A stretch of DNA of 30,631 nt from a virus (taxonomy: Duplodnaviria; Caudoviricetes), in IMG/VR virus record IMGVR_UViG_3300017650_000126, positions 1 through 30,631 of that record. One strand, 5' to 3'. A model generated the notes under the pieces. It did no database searches. It was not told the origin of the DNA and saw nothing but the letters and a program-made list of their open reading frames with translations. A program made the position numbers and the translations under genes. Of this stretch, positions 17,376 to 26,307 are shown piece after piece (the first letter of the stretch is position 1; every line of letters begins with the position of its first letter).

Positions 17376-18842
17376 ATGACGCTTTTCTCGCTGAGAATTC
17401 CGCCCGCGATCAACCGCGGCGAAACCGAAGCGAAGTCGGCAGGTTCCTACTATAGCTGGACGCTATGTCGGGGAACGCCAGGGGGCGACATCGTTCCAGA
17501 GCGCGGCTGGATCCAGCGGGCCAACGACGCGGTGGCGGGCATGGCGCGAGCCATGCTGGTGTGGAAGGACAACGTCGACACCACCCGGATCGGGGTCGGA
17601 ACCCACCTGGGCCTGTTCACCTATGATCTCCCCGGTGCGCTGACGGACATCACCCCGGTGGGGTTTGCCCCCGGATCAGCCGATACGGAGGTCAACACCG
17701 GGTACGGCGGCGGCGACTACGGCGCCAACGACTACGGCACCCCACGTCCGCTCACCGATGTGCCGGTTGACGCCGCCGTATGGACCCTGGCCGTTTGGGA
17801 TGAATATCTGGTGGGGTGCTGCGCCAGCGACGGCAGCATCTACCAGTATTACAACGACGGCGCGCCGGCCGTGATCGTCGCCAATGCGCCCACTCTAAAC
17901 CGCGGGTGTTTCGTCGCCGAGGTCATCCTGCTCGCGCTGGGCGCGGACGGAAATCCGCGCAAGATCGCCTGGAGCGACAAGGGCTTCAACGCGATCTGGA
18001 CGCCCGACGCGACCAACCAGGCAGGCGATTTCATCTTCCCCACAGCCGGCCGGCTTATGTGCGGGACAGCGGTAGCCAGCTTCGCGCTGGTCCTGACCGA
18101 CATCGACGCTTGGGTGGGGGTCTATGGCCTCCCCGCGGTGTGGAGCTTCACCAAGCTTGGCGATGGCATGGGGGCGATCAGTCAGGGGGCGCTCGTCAGC
18201 GCCTCCACCCAAGCGTTCTGGTGGTCCCTGGGTGGGTTCAAGAAGTTCAACGGGGGCTATGTCGAGGATCTGCCCTGCACCGTCTGGGGCGCGATCCAAG
18301 AGGACATGAACGCGGGCCAGAAGGCCAAGATCGTCGGCTGGATGAACAGCGTCGCGAACGAGGTGATCTGGGTCTACCCGTCTGAGAACTCCAACGAGTG
18401 CGACCGCAAGGTGGTGTTCAACTATCAGACCGGCCGGTGGGGCTTCAGCGACTACGACCGCACCTGCGGGTGCGACCGGATCGAGAACGGCAACCCACTC
18501 GCCATCGATACCGCAGGCCTCCTCTACGACCACGAGGTGGGGACCTATCACGGCGCCTACACCGCCAAGGCGCGCACCGGCCCTATCCGCATCGGCGAAG
18601 GCGACCAGATCATGCAGATCAAGGCCTATATCCCCGATCAGCGGACCTTGGGCGACGCTATGGTGACCTTCTACGGAAAGGACCGCCAAGGGGCGGCCTA
18701 CGCCGCCTACGGCCCGTACGCCGCGGCCGAGCGGCTGGATCTGCGCATCTCGGCCCGCATCATCGAGGTGGAATACACCTTCACGGGCGACGGCGCGGTG
18801 GGCGAGCCGCAACTCGACGTTCAGCCTGGGGGGCGCCGATGA
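17376..18842 (+). CDS. Tail nozzle/stabilisation protein (beta-propeller, P22 gp10/T7 gp12 equivalent)
   Basis: DITP.GF, GYGGG.YG, IAWSD, WTP.ATNQAGD, E..W.YPS..S.ECDR.V.FNY, GRR C-terminus. Confidence 0.85.
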   Translation: MTLFSLRIPPAINRGETEAKSAGSYYSWTLCRGTPGGDIVPERGWIQRANDAVAGMARAMLVWKDNVDTTRIGVGTHLGLFTYDLPGALTDITPVGFAPGSADTEVNTGYGGGDYGANDYGTPRPLTDVPVDAAVWTLAVWDEYLVGCCASDGSIYQYYNDGAPAVIVANAPTLNRGCFVAEVILLALGADGNPRKIAWSDKGFNAIWTPDATNQAGDFIFPTAGRLMCGTAVASFALVLTDIDAWVGVYGLPAVWSFTKLGDGMGAISQGALVSASTQAFWWSLGGFKKFNGGYVEDLPCTVWGAIQEDMNAGQKAKIVGWMNSVANEVIWVYPSENSNECDRKVVFNYQTGRWGFSDYDRTCGCDRIENGNPLAIDTAGLLYDHEVGTYHGAYTAKARTGPIRIGEGDQIMQIKAYIPDQRTLGDAMVTFYGKDRQGAAYAAYGPYAAAERLDLRISARIIEVEYTFTGDGAVGEPQLDVQPGGRR

Positions 18843-19024
18843 GGCTGCAGAACCCGCCCCTGGCCTACAGCTACCAGGACCAGGTCAACCTGCGCGCGGC
18901 CATCAGGGAGGCCGACGAGGCCAACCAGAAGCAGGACGCGGCGATCATTCGCACTTCGCCCAACGGCACACGCTGGGTGCTCGGTGTGTCGGACGCCGGT
19001 ACGACCACATGGACCGCGCTATGA
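18839..19024 (+). CDS. Small tail protein, 61 aa
   Basis: MRLQNPP..Y...II.TSPNGTRWVLGVSDAG; ATGA coupling at both ends. Confidence 0.75.
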   Translation: MRLQNPPLAYSYQDQVNLRAAIREADEANQKQDAAIIRTSPNGTRWVLGVSDAGTTTWTAL

Positions 19025-19215
19025 AAATGACCTTCGACCGATCCGCCTTCCAGGCCGCCGGCATGGATACGCTGCGCCCTAAGGATGGGGTGATGACCGT
19101 GATCCTCCCCGGCGCCCAAGACCTGACCCGCGTCAGGATCGAAGGCGACGAGATCGAGCTGCATCCGCAACGCTCGTCCGCCCACAAGCTGATCTTGCTG
19201 GCGCTTGGACGCTGA
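19021..19215 (+). CDS. Hypothetical protein, 64 aa
   Basis: ATGA-coupled start at 19021; fills gap between two tail genes. Confidence 0.55.
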   Translation: MKMTFDRSAFQAAGMDTLRPKDGVMTVILPGAQDLTRVRIEGDEIELHPQRSSAHKLILLALGR

Positions 19216-19591
19216 GACTGAGTGGGCGCGGTGCGCGCCCTGGATCGAAGCGGCTTTGGAGTGGCAGCGCGGGACGCACACCCTTGAGGATGTCCGGGCG
19301 CAGATCGAGGCCGGCAAGGCGGTCTTCTGGCCCGGCAAGCGCGCTGCCGTCGTCACCGAGTTTTTCGACTACCCGCGCCGCCGAGCGCTGAACTTCTGGC
19401 TCCTTGGCGGCGATCCCGTCGAGCTGATCAAGCGCATGCGCCCCTGCATCGAAGCCTGGGGCGAAGCCAACGGCGCCACCCTGTTTCTCGGCTTCGGCCG
19501 TCCCGATCAACACCACTGGGCTCAGGCCCTTCGTCGCCACGGCTACGCCCCCGACTGCATCGGGTACGCAAAGGAGGTCGCCCATGGGTAA
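19205..19591 (+). CDS. GNAT-fold-like virion assembly protein
   Basis: W.RC.PWIEAALE...THTLEDV, AVVTE..YPR.R.L...L.GG..EL, GR..W...L...GY; sits before ejection genes. Confidence 0.75.
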   Translation: MDAETEWARCAPWIEAALEWQRGTHTLEDVRAQIEAGKAVFWPGKRAAVVTEFFDYPRRRALNFWLLGGDPVELIKRMRPCIEAWGEANGATLFLGFGRPDQHHWAQALRRHGYAPDCIGYAKEVAHG

Positions 19592-20834
19592 AACCACCAC
19601 CACGCAGAAGAACACCTACGACCCCGCGATGCAGAAGCTCGTCACCGACAACGTGTCGGGGGCGCGCGGCTTGCTCGACAACTACACCCCGTACACCGGC
19701 CAGCTCACCGCGGATCAATCGCCGCTCATGGGTCAGTTCTTCGGCGCAGCCTCGAATGTCCAAGGCGCCGGGTCTGGCCTGATCGGGCAGGCGGCCGGCG
19801 CGGCGCAGGGCGCGCTCGGCTACCAGCCGATGCAGATCACGGCCCCCACCTCCACGGCGGTCAACAGCGGCCCGGCGCAAACCTACGATCCCGCCCAGGC
19901 GATGGGCTACCTGGGCAACGCCTCGACCATCGACCGCGGCGCGGTGCGCGACGTCAACCTTGGCGCGTTCGGCGGCGATCAGATCCGCGCCCTCTACAAC
20001 CCGTTCGAGACCGACAAGGTCAACGCGGCCCTGGGCGACTACGAGCGCGGGCGGCAGATGCAGCAGAACAACGACGCTGCGAAGTTCGGGTCCGGCGCCT
20101 GGGGCGGCTCGCGCCAGGGCGTTGAAGCGTCTCTGACCAACGACGCCTTTCAGCGCAACAGCATGAATGCGGCGAACGATTTGCGCTACCAGGGCTGGAA
20201 CAGCGCCATGAACGGCGCCCTGGCCGCCCGCGGCCAAGACCTCTCCGCCGCGCAGGGCAACCAGAGCGCCGATTACAATGTGGCCGCTCAGAACGCCGCC
20301 GCGATGAACGCCAACAAGCAGTATGGCGCTGGACTTCTGGGCCAGCTCGGAACGTTCAACACGGGGCAAACGAACGCCGCCGCCGAGGCCAACGCGGGCC
20401 GGGCGCAGCAGACCGGCCTCGCAAATCAGGATGCCGCCCTGCAGGCCGCCACGGCCAATCAGAGCGCCGGCCTCGCGGGCAATGCGCAGCAGCTTCAGGG
20501 CGCCGGGCTGCTCGGGCAGCTCGGGCAGGCGCAGTCGAGCAATGCCCTGGCGCAGACCAGCCTGCTCGGACAGGCAGGAGCGGCGCAGCAGGGCCTGGCG
20601 CAGGAGGCCCTGGACCGCCTGGCGGCGCAGCACCAGCAGGATTGGACAAACCGGCTGAACGGGCAGCAGGCCGTCACCAGTGCGACCGGCATTGTGCCGG
20701 GTGTCACGAATAGCACGCAGCAGACGACGCAGAGCCAGGGGTTTGGCGGAATTGCTGGTGGCCTGTTGGGCTCACTGGGCACGGCGGCGTTCGGGCTTGG
20801 GTCGATGGGCTTCAAGCCGTTCGGAGGCAGCTAG
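19584..20834 (+). CDS. DNA ejection/pilot protein
   Basis: MGKTTTTQ start, Gln/Ala/Asn/Gly-rich, GA.GGSRQGV, Gly-rich hydrophobic C-terminus; AAGGAGG RBS. Confidence 0.8.
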   Translation: MGKTTTTQKNTYDPAMQKLVTDNVSGARGLLDNYTPYTGQLTADQSPLMGQFFGAASNVQGAGSGLIGQAAGAAQGALGYQPMQITAPTSTAVNSGPAQTYDPAQAMGYLGNASTIDRGAVRDVNLGAFGGDQIRALYNPFETDKVNAALGDYERGRQMQQNNDAAKFGSGAWGGSRQGVEASLTNDAFQRNSMNAANDLRYQGWNSAMNGALAARGQDLSAAQGNQSADYNVAAQNAAAMNANKQYGAGLLGQLGTFNTGQTNAAAEANAGRAQQTGLANQDAALQAATANQSAGLAGNAQQLQGAGLLGQLGQAQSSNALAQTSLLGQAGAAQQGLAQEALDRLAAQHQQDWTNRLNGQQAVTSATGIVPGVTNSTQQTTQSQGFGGIAGGLLGSLGTAAFGLGSMGFKPFGGS

Positions 20835-20835
20835 T

Positions 20836-22146
20836 ATGGGGCTATTTGGGTCATCGAAGACCGCTGCTGGGTATAACCCGGCGGCCCTGTCAGGGTCAGA
20901 TAAGCTGATGCTGTTCGGGGCAATGTTGCGCGATCTTGGTTCCGGCCAAGGCCCGCAGACCCTGATGGGCACCCAGGATCTTCTAGCCGGCAGGCAGGCG
21001 CTGGCGCGCAAGCAGGCGGCGGAGAATGAGGTGGGCGCCATGTTCGCGCCCCAGGGCGTCCCCACCGCGCCGCCCGCCATGGCTGCGCGATCCATCCCGT
21101 CCACCGGCACTGGCGCACCCGCCCTGAACCTGCCGCAGATCGACGCCGCGCCACAAGCGCGCATGCCCTCCATTGCGGACCCCGCCACCATCCAACGCCT
21201 CATGCGCATCAAAGCCGCGGGCGTCGACATCGCCCCGATCATGGAGGCGATGAAGGCCAACCAGCCGCAATGGCAGGTTGGGCCGGACGGGCGCCCGTAC
21301 AACCAGCGCGCCGCCGAGGCGCCGGGCCAGTTCGCCAACCCCACCGTCGTCGGCAACACGCCGATGAACATCAACGACCCCTCCACCTGGGGCAAGCCCG
21401 TCCCGCAGCTCGACAAGGGCATGGTGCAGGGGCCTGATGGGAGGGTCACACCCATGCCGGGTTACGTCGACTCCGCGTCGGCTATCACGGCGGGGCAGGA
21501 GGCGGCGAAGGCGGCCATCGGCAACTATTACGCCGGGCCGAACGCGCGGGCCGAAGCGGCGGGCCGCGCGCCCTATGACTTCATCAGCACGCCGACGCCG
21601 AACGGCGCGCCGCAGGTCATGTCCAAGTCGTCTGCCGCCGGTGGCGTGTTCACCGGCCAAGCCCCCACCGATGCCGCGCGCGCGACCGCCACCACCCAGG
21701 CGGCCATCGGCCTCCCGGCGGTGATTGATCAGGCCAAAAGCACGCTCGACCTCATCGGCAAGGTGAAGAATGACCCGGCGCTGGCGATGCGGACGGGGGC
21801 CTTCTCCGTCCTGCCGGCGATCCCTGGAACCGCGGGGGTCGACTTTGAAAGCCGCGTCTCGCAGCTCAAGGGCAAGGCCTTCCTCGACGCCTACAACGCC
21901 CTGAAGGGCGCCGGGCAGATCAGTGAGATCGAGGGCGCCAAGGCCACCGACGCTCAGGCGCGCCTCAGCACCGCGCAGACGCCCAAAGCCTTCAAGGAGG
22001 CCCTGGACGACATGGAAGGCGTCATCCGCACCAGCATCGCCCGGGCGCAGAAGCAGGCCGGCCAAGGGGCGCCCAGCGCGACCTCCGGGGCGCCGCCGCG
22101 ATCCGCCATCGAAGCCGAACTGCGTCGCCGCGGGCTGATCAAATGA
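20836..22146 (+). CDS. DNA ejection/internal virion protein
   Basis: MGLFG start at 20836; QLKGKAFL.AY..LKGAGQISEIEG.KA..A.ARL motif. Confidence 0.8.
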   Translation: MGLFGSSKTAAGYNPAALSGSDKLMLFGAMLRDLGSGQGPQTLMGTQDLLAGRQALARKQAAENEVGAMFAPQGVPTAPPAMAARSIPSTGTGAPALNLPQIDAAPQARMPSIADPATIQRLMRIKAAGVDIAPIMEAMKANQPQWQVGPDGRPYNQRAAEAPGQFANPTVVGNTPMNINDPSTWGKPVPQLDKGMVQGPDGRVTPMPGYVDSASAITAGQEAAKAAIGNYYAGPNARAEAAGRAPYDFISTPTPNGAPQVMSKSSAAGGVFTGQAPTDAARATATTQAAIGLPAVIDQAKSTLDLIGKVKNDPALAMRTGAFSVLPAIPGTAGVDFESRVSQLKGKAFLDAYNALKGAGQISEIEGAKATDAQARLSTAQTPKAFKEALDDMEGVIRTSIARAQKQAGQGAPSATSGAPPRSAIEAELRRRGLIK

Positions 22147-24206
22147 CCGACCTCTCGCAGATGTCCGACGCCGAGCTGATGAGCCTCTATCAGCGCAGCG
22201 ATGCGTCCGCCGCCATGCCCGCCCTGATCGCCCAGGAGTCGGGCGGAAAGGCGGGGGTGCTCGGGCCGCCGACGCGCTACGGCCGCGCTCAGGGCCTCAC
22301 GCAGATGTTGCCCGCCACCGCTCAGGCGACGGCGCAGAAGCTCGGCATGCCGTGGCGCCCTGAGCTGATGACGGCCAGCACGCCCGAGGCGGCCGATTAC
22401 CAGCGCGCCCTCGGGCAGGGGTATCTGCAGGAGGGTATCGACAAGACGGGGTCCGTCGAAGACGGGCTGCGCTACTACCACGGCGGCCCCGACCGAAAGC
22501 AGTGGGGACCGAAGACCGAGGCCTACGCTCAGCAGGTGTCGTCCCGCATGCAGCAGCCTCGGGGACTGTCCGACATGTCCGACGCCGAGCTGATGGCGAT
22601 TTACAATCAGGGCGCCCCGCAGGCCGCCGGCTACACCTCGTGGAAAAATGCCGCCGGTCAGACGGAGGTCGGTCCGGCGTCGAGCGCGCCGAAACCTGCC
22701 GCGGCCCAGCCGAAGTCCGACCACTGGGCGGGCGCGACGGCGCAGCTCCTCCGTGCCCTGCCGCTGGCCGACGAGCTGGCGGGGGTGTCACGCGGCGTCG
22801 TGGACATCGCCACCGGCAAGGCGAAGATCAATCCCGCGGCCCTGGCGTCCGCGGCCATGCAGGCGCTCCCCGGCAATCGCCCGACCGAGGCGTGGGCCGC
22901 CCTGCAAGCCTCTGGCGTGCCCGCGGCCTTCGCCGGCGGCCTCAAGGCGCAGCGAGGGGTTGAGGACGCCTACCAGGCCGAACACCCGCACCTGGCCGCC
23001 GCAGCGCGCGCCGTGGGCGGCGCGGCGTCTGTCGCGCTTCCCGCCGGGCCGGTCGCAACCACCTTCGCCAACGGCTCCCGCGCGGTGAACGCCCTGCGCG
23101 GCGCCACGACCGCCGGCCTTACGGCGGCGGGTTACGCCGCGCTCGACCGCGGTACGCCACAGGAGCGGCTACGGGCCGCATCGTCCGCAGCCCGCGATCC
23201 CATCGTGCTTGCGCTCGGAGCCGGCGCTGGGGCGCTCGCACCCGCCGCCGCGGGGCGCCAGCGTCCACAGCCGGTCGATGTGGAGAAGCTGCGCGCGGCC
23301 AAGCAGGCGGCGTACGAGGCGGTGGACCAGGCCGGCGTGAAGTACACGCCACAGGCCTTCGGCGATCTGGCCGACAACATCGCCAAGGACGCCGCCTCAG
23401 CCAAGCTGAACCCCATGCGCCACCCCAAGGCCGCCTCCATGCTGGAGGAAATCCAGGGCCTGAAGGGGTCGTCGCCCTCCCTGACCGAACTCGACCAGCT
23501 TCGTCAGGTCGTGCGGCGCGACGTCGCCAGCGCATCCGACGACGCCGAGCGGTTCTTCGGCCAGCGCATGATAAAGCAGATCGACGACTTCATCGACACG
23601 GCCGGGCCGAACGCGGTCGTAGCTGGCGATGCGCAGCAGGCCGCCGGGCTGATGAAGAACGCCCGCGCCAGCAATACCCGCTTCCGCAAGGTCGAGGACG
23701 TCACCGACGCCGTGGAGAGCGCCAAGCTGCGCGCCGGCTCCACGGGCTCGGGCGGCAACGTGGACAACGCCATCCGCCAGAACCTCCGCCGCGTGCTGGA
23801 GAACGGCAAGAATTTCTCCCCCGAGGAGGAGGCTGCGCTCAAGAGCATCGTCATGGGCGGCAAGGGCCAGAACGCCCTACGCCTCGTCGGCAAGCTCTCG
23901 CCGTCCGGCAATGGGCTGATGGCGGCCCTCAACCTCGGCTCGGCCGCGACCTTCGGCGGCATGGGGGCTGTCCCCGGCGCGGCCGGCATCGGCGCAAAAG
24001 CCGCGGCCGACGCCATGACTCGGCAGAAGGTGACGAGCCTATTGGCTCTGATGGCGAACGAGCGCGTCCCGCCATCCCAAGCCGCGGCGGCGCGTCAGCA
24101 GCTTACGCAAATCCTCGCGTCCAACCCGGCCCTCACCAGTGCTCGTTCGCAGGCGGCGGGACGGCTCGTGCGAGGAGTCGGCGCCGTCGGCGGGACCGGG
24201 AGATAG
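22143..24206 (+). CDS. Large ejection protein with lytic transglycosylase (SLT) domain
   Basis: LIAQESGG, AQGLTQMLPATA, YYHGGP, PKTEAY motifs in residues ~25-135. Confidence 0.85.
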   Translation: MTDLSQMSDAELMSLYQRSDASAAMPALIAQESGGKAGVLGPPTRYGRAQGLTQMLPATAQATAQKLGMPWRPELMTASTPEAADYQRALGQGYLQEGIDKTGSVEDGLRYYHGGPDRKQWGPKTEAYAQQVSSRMQQPRGLSDMSDAELMAIYNQGAPQAAGYTSWKNAAGQTEVGPASSAPKPAAAQPKSDHWAGATAQLLRALPLADELAGVSRGVVDIATGKAKINPAALASAAMQALPGNRPTEAWAALQASGVPAAFAGGLKAQRGVEDAYQAEHPHLAAAARAVGGAASVALPAGPVATTFANGSRAVNALRGATTAGLTAAGYAALDRGTPQERLRAASSAARDPIVLALGAGAGALAPAAAGRQRPQPVDVEKLRAAKQAAYEAVDQAGVKYTPQAFGDLADNIAKDAASAKLNPMRHPKAASMLEEIQGLKGSSPSLTELDQLRQVVRRDVASASDDAERFFGQRMIKQIDDFIDTAGPNAVVAGDAQQAAGLMKNARASNTRFRKVEDVTDAVESAKLRAGSTGSGGNVDNAIRQNLRRVLENGKNFSPEEEAALKSIVMGGKGQNALRLVGKLSPSGNGLMAALNLGSAATFGGMGAVPGAAGIGAKAAADAMTRQKVTSLLALMANERVPPSQAAAARQQLTQILASNPALTSARSQAAGRLVRGVGAVGGTGR

Positions 24207-24366
24207 GGCGCCACCAGCGCATGTAGGCGCGCCAGCCGCACATAACGAAGTGGCCGATCCACTTCGCGCCGATCACGGCGGCGAAGACGAAGACGAAAAG
24301 ACCCGGAACCCAGGAGTTCCGCTCGAAGAAGCGTTCGCCGGCGAGCCACCGGATTTCTGTCCCCAT
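24133..24366 (-). CDS. Putative small membrane protein (moron-like)
   Basis: Hydrophobic segment WVPGLFVFVFAAVIGAKWIGHFV, basic tail; TTGGCG-16-TAGGGT six bases upstream of ATG. Confidence 0.45.
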   Translation of the reverse strand: MGTEIRWLAGERFFERNSWVPGLFVFVFAAVIGAKWIGHFVMCGWRAYMRWWRPISRSRRRRRLLARAVPPPANEHW

Positions 24367-24410
24367 CCAGCAACCCTACCACAGCCCCGCCGGCCGCCAA
24401 AGAGGTCCGC

Positions 24411-24854
24411 ATGAGCATCACGCCGCTGCGCGACCAGGAGCGGGGAAGGCGGGCGCGCACCTGCGTGAACCCGGTCGATATCGTGGACGCCGTGGTGCGT
24501 GAACGTGATCGCCTCCGCACCGAAGTGGCGGTGCTGCGGGCGCGGCTGGCGATGGTGGACGAGAGCTTCGACGCCAGCCTGATCAACGATCACAAGCTGA
24601 ACCTGCAGCAGGCCACCGTCATGTCTCTCCTGATGGGGGCCGCGCCCCGCGCCCTGAGCCGCCTGAGCATCGAGGCGGCGCTCCCGGCCCGCGACCATAC
24701 CAAGGACCGTCAATCGAAGCTGGTGGACGTCCTGATCTGCAAGATCCGCAAGAAGCTGGGCGCCGAAGCGATCCTCACCGTCCCCGGTCTCGGCTGGCGG
24801 ATCAATCCGAACTGGCGCCCGCCGGCCGCACTGGAGCCGCCCCATGACCCGTGA
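24411..24854 (+). CDS. OmpR/PhoB-type winged-helix protein without receiver domain, CtrA-like recognition helix
   Basis: SKLVDVLICKIRKKLG..ILTVPGLGWRI; N-terminal coiled coil; AGAGG RBS. Confidence 0.85.
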   Translation: MSITPLRDQERGRRARTCVNPVDIVDAVVRERDRLRTEVAVLRARLAMVDESFDASLINDHKLNLQQATVMSLLMGAAPRALSRLSIEAALPARDHTKDRQSKLVDVLICKIRKKLGAEAILTVPGLGWRINPNWRPPAALEPPHDP

Positions 24855-25593
24855 AATTCCAGAGATCGCCCTCGCCTTCATAAGCAAGGCGGAGGGCGTA
24901 CGCCTGCGCGCCTATCAGGACTCCGTGGGCGTCTGGACCATCGGCGTCGGCCATACCGGCCTTGAGGTGCATGGCGGCCTGGAGATCGACCTCGATCAAG
25001 CCATGGAATTGCTGCGGATCGACCTCAAGACCGCGGCGGCGCGCCTTCAGTCCGTCGTCAAGCGCGACGTGATCGACGCCCTCACCGACAACCAGTATGC
25101 GGCCCTGTTGTCCTTCGTGTTCAACCTCGGGGCCGACAAAGACTGGACGATCTGGAAGCGACTGAACGCCCGCGCCTTCGATCAGGTCCCCGTCGAGATG
25201 GCGCGCTTCGTCAATGGCCGCGTGAATGGCAGGCTGGTCAAGATCAAGGGCTTGGTGAACCGGCGCGGCGCCGAAATCGCCCTTTGGTCCGAGGACGAGC
25301 CGGGCTCCGTTGACGTCGCCCTCTCATCCGGCCGCACCCGCGACCTCGTCACGCCGCCCACCCCGTCCGACCCGGTTCCGCCGCAGCGGTCTGCCGTGCT
25401 GATCACCGGTCTCGCCGGAGCTGCAGCGTCCGCGCCGGCGGTCATCAAGCAGGTGCAGGACACCCTTACCCCCGTCGCCGCGACCAGCCCGGCCGTCGCC
25501 CAGGTCATCACGGCGCTGTCGGTCATCGGCGCGCTGTTGGCGGCGGCCTCCATCGTCCTCTTCTGGATCCACAAGCAGACAGCACGGAGCTGA
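24844..25593 (+). CDS. Endolysin (GH24 lysozyme) with hydrophobic C-terminus
   Basis: EG.RL.AYQDSVGVWTIGVGHT (E-x8-D-x5-T), NQYAALLSFVFNLG, GLVNRR.AE. Confidence 0.95.
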   Translation: MTREIPEIALAFISKAEGVRLRAYQDSVGVWTIGVGHTGLEVHGGLEIDLDQAMELLRIDLKTAAARLQSVVKRDVIDALTDNQYAALLSFVFNLGADKDWTIWKRLNARAFDQVPVEMARFVNGRVNGRLVKIKGLVNRRGAEIALWSEDEPGSVDVALSSGRTRDLVTPPTPSDPVPPQRSAVLITGLAGAAASAPAVIKQVQDTLTPVAATSPAVAQVITALSVIGALLAAASIVLFWIHKQTARS

Positions 25594-25594
25594 C

Positions 25595-25900
25595 ATGAGC
25601 CTCAACATCGGCAAGATCGTGAAATCCATCGCCGGCCCCATCGGCCTGAACGCGGACAGCGCGTCCGCCATTGTCGTTCAGACCCTGTCCCTGATCGACA
25701 TGGCCGAAGACATCTACGACGGCCTCAAGGGCAGCGAGAAGCTCGCCGCGGTGCAAGCCGGTCTGCGCTCGTTCATCGAGGAGCTTGACCCCTCTCTGGT
25801 CGATCGGTTCGGCGATATCTGGCGCGCCCTCAAGCCCGCCATCTCCATGATCGTCACGATCTACAACGCCGTCGGCATCTTCAAGAAGGCGCTGTCGTGA
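25595..25900 (+). CDS. Lysis-module hypothetical protein (possible holin/antiholin)
   Basis: 101 aa amphipathic, AE....G.KG.EKL pattern; between endolysin and spanins. Confidence 0.6.
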   Translation: MSLNIGKIVKSIAGPIGLNADSASAIVVQTLSLIDMAEDIYDGLKGSEKLAAVQAGLRSFIEELDPSLVDRFGDIWRALKPAISMIVTIYNAVGIFKKALS

Positions 25901-26127
25901 CGGCGCTGCTCTCCATCGTCGTCAACCTGCTGCTCGGCCTGTTCGGGCTGCAGCGTCGAGGCCCCTCCGCTGAAGAGCGCGCGGGCGCCGCCGAAGCCAA
26001 CCTCCAAACCGCACAGAAGGCGTCCGCCGATGTCCAGAAAGCTGTCGTGGCGTCGCGTGACGCTCATGCTCGCGCTGCTGCCGATCCTGGGAGCGTGCGC
26101 GCACCGGACCGCTACTCCCGCGACTAA
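25897..26127 (+). CDS. i-spanin (Rz-like)
   Basis: N-terminal TM segment plus short coiled coil; overlapped by lipoprotein gene. Confidence 0.75.
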   Translation: MTALLSIVVNLLLGLFGLQRRGPSAEERAGAAEANLQTAQKASADVQKAVVASRDAHARAAADPGSVRAPDRYSRD

Positions 26128-26248
26128 CACCGCGTGCACGGCGTTCGCGCCTATCGGCTTCAGCCGCCTGCACGACACCGAAGAAACCATCATCGCGGTC
26201 AAGGCGCACAACGCAGCCTGGGACGCGGTGTGCGGGCTGAAGCAGTAG
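26030..26248 (+). CDS. o-spanin (Rz1-like lipoprotein); start may be 26066
   Basis: Lipobox LGA-C; C...PI..S..DT.ET...VKAHN..W..VC; overlaps Rz in another frame. Confidence 0.8.
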   Translation: MSRKLSWRRVTLMLALLPILGACAHRTATPATNTACTAFAPIGFSRLHDTEETIIAVKAHNAAWDAVCGLKQ

Positions 26249-26307
26249 CGCAGGGGGAGGGCAAATGGCCAAGTTCAGGGAACCACAACGTTCCAGAGTC
26301 GTCGACA

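Noticed and set aside
19584-20834. Gln/Ala/Asn quasi-repeats suggesting a tape measure
   Set aside because: Too short, no tail tube genes; low-complexity composition is normal for podovirus ejection proteins
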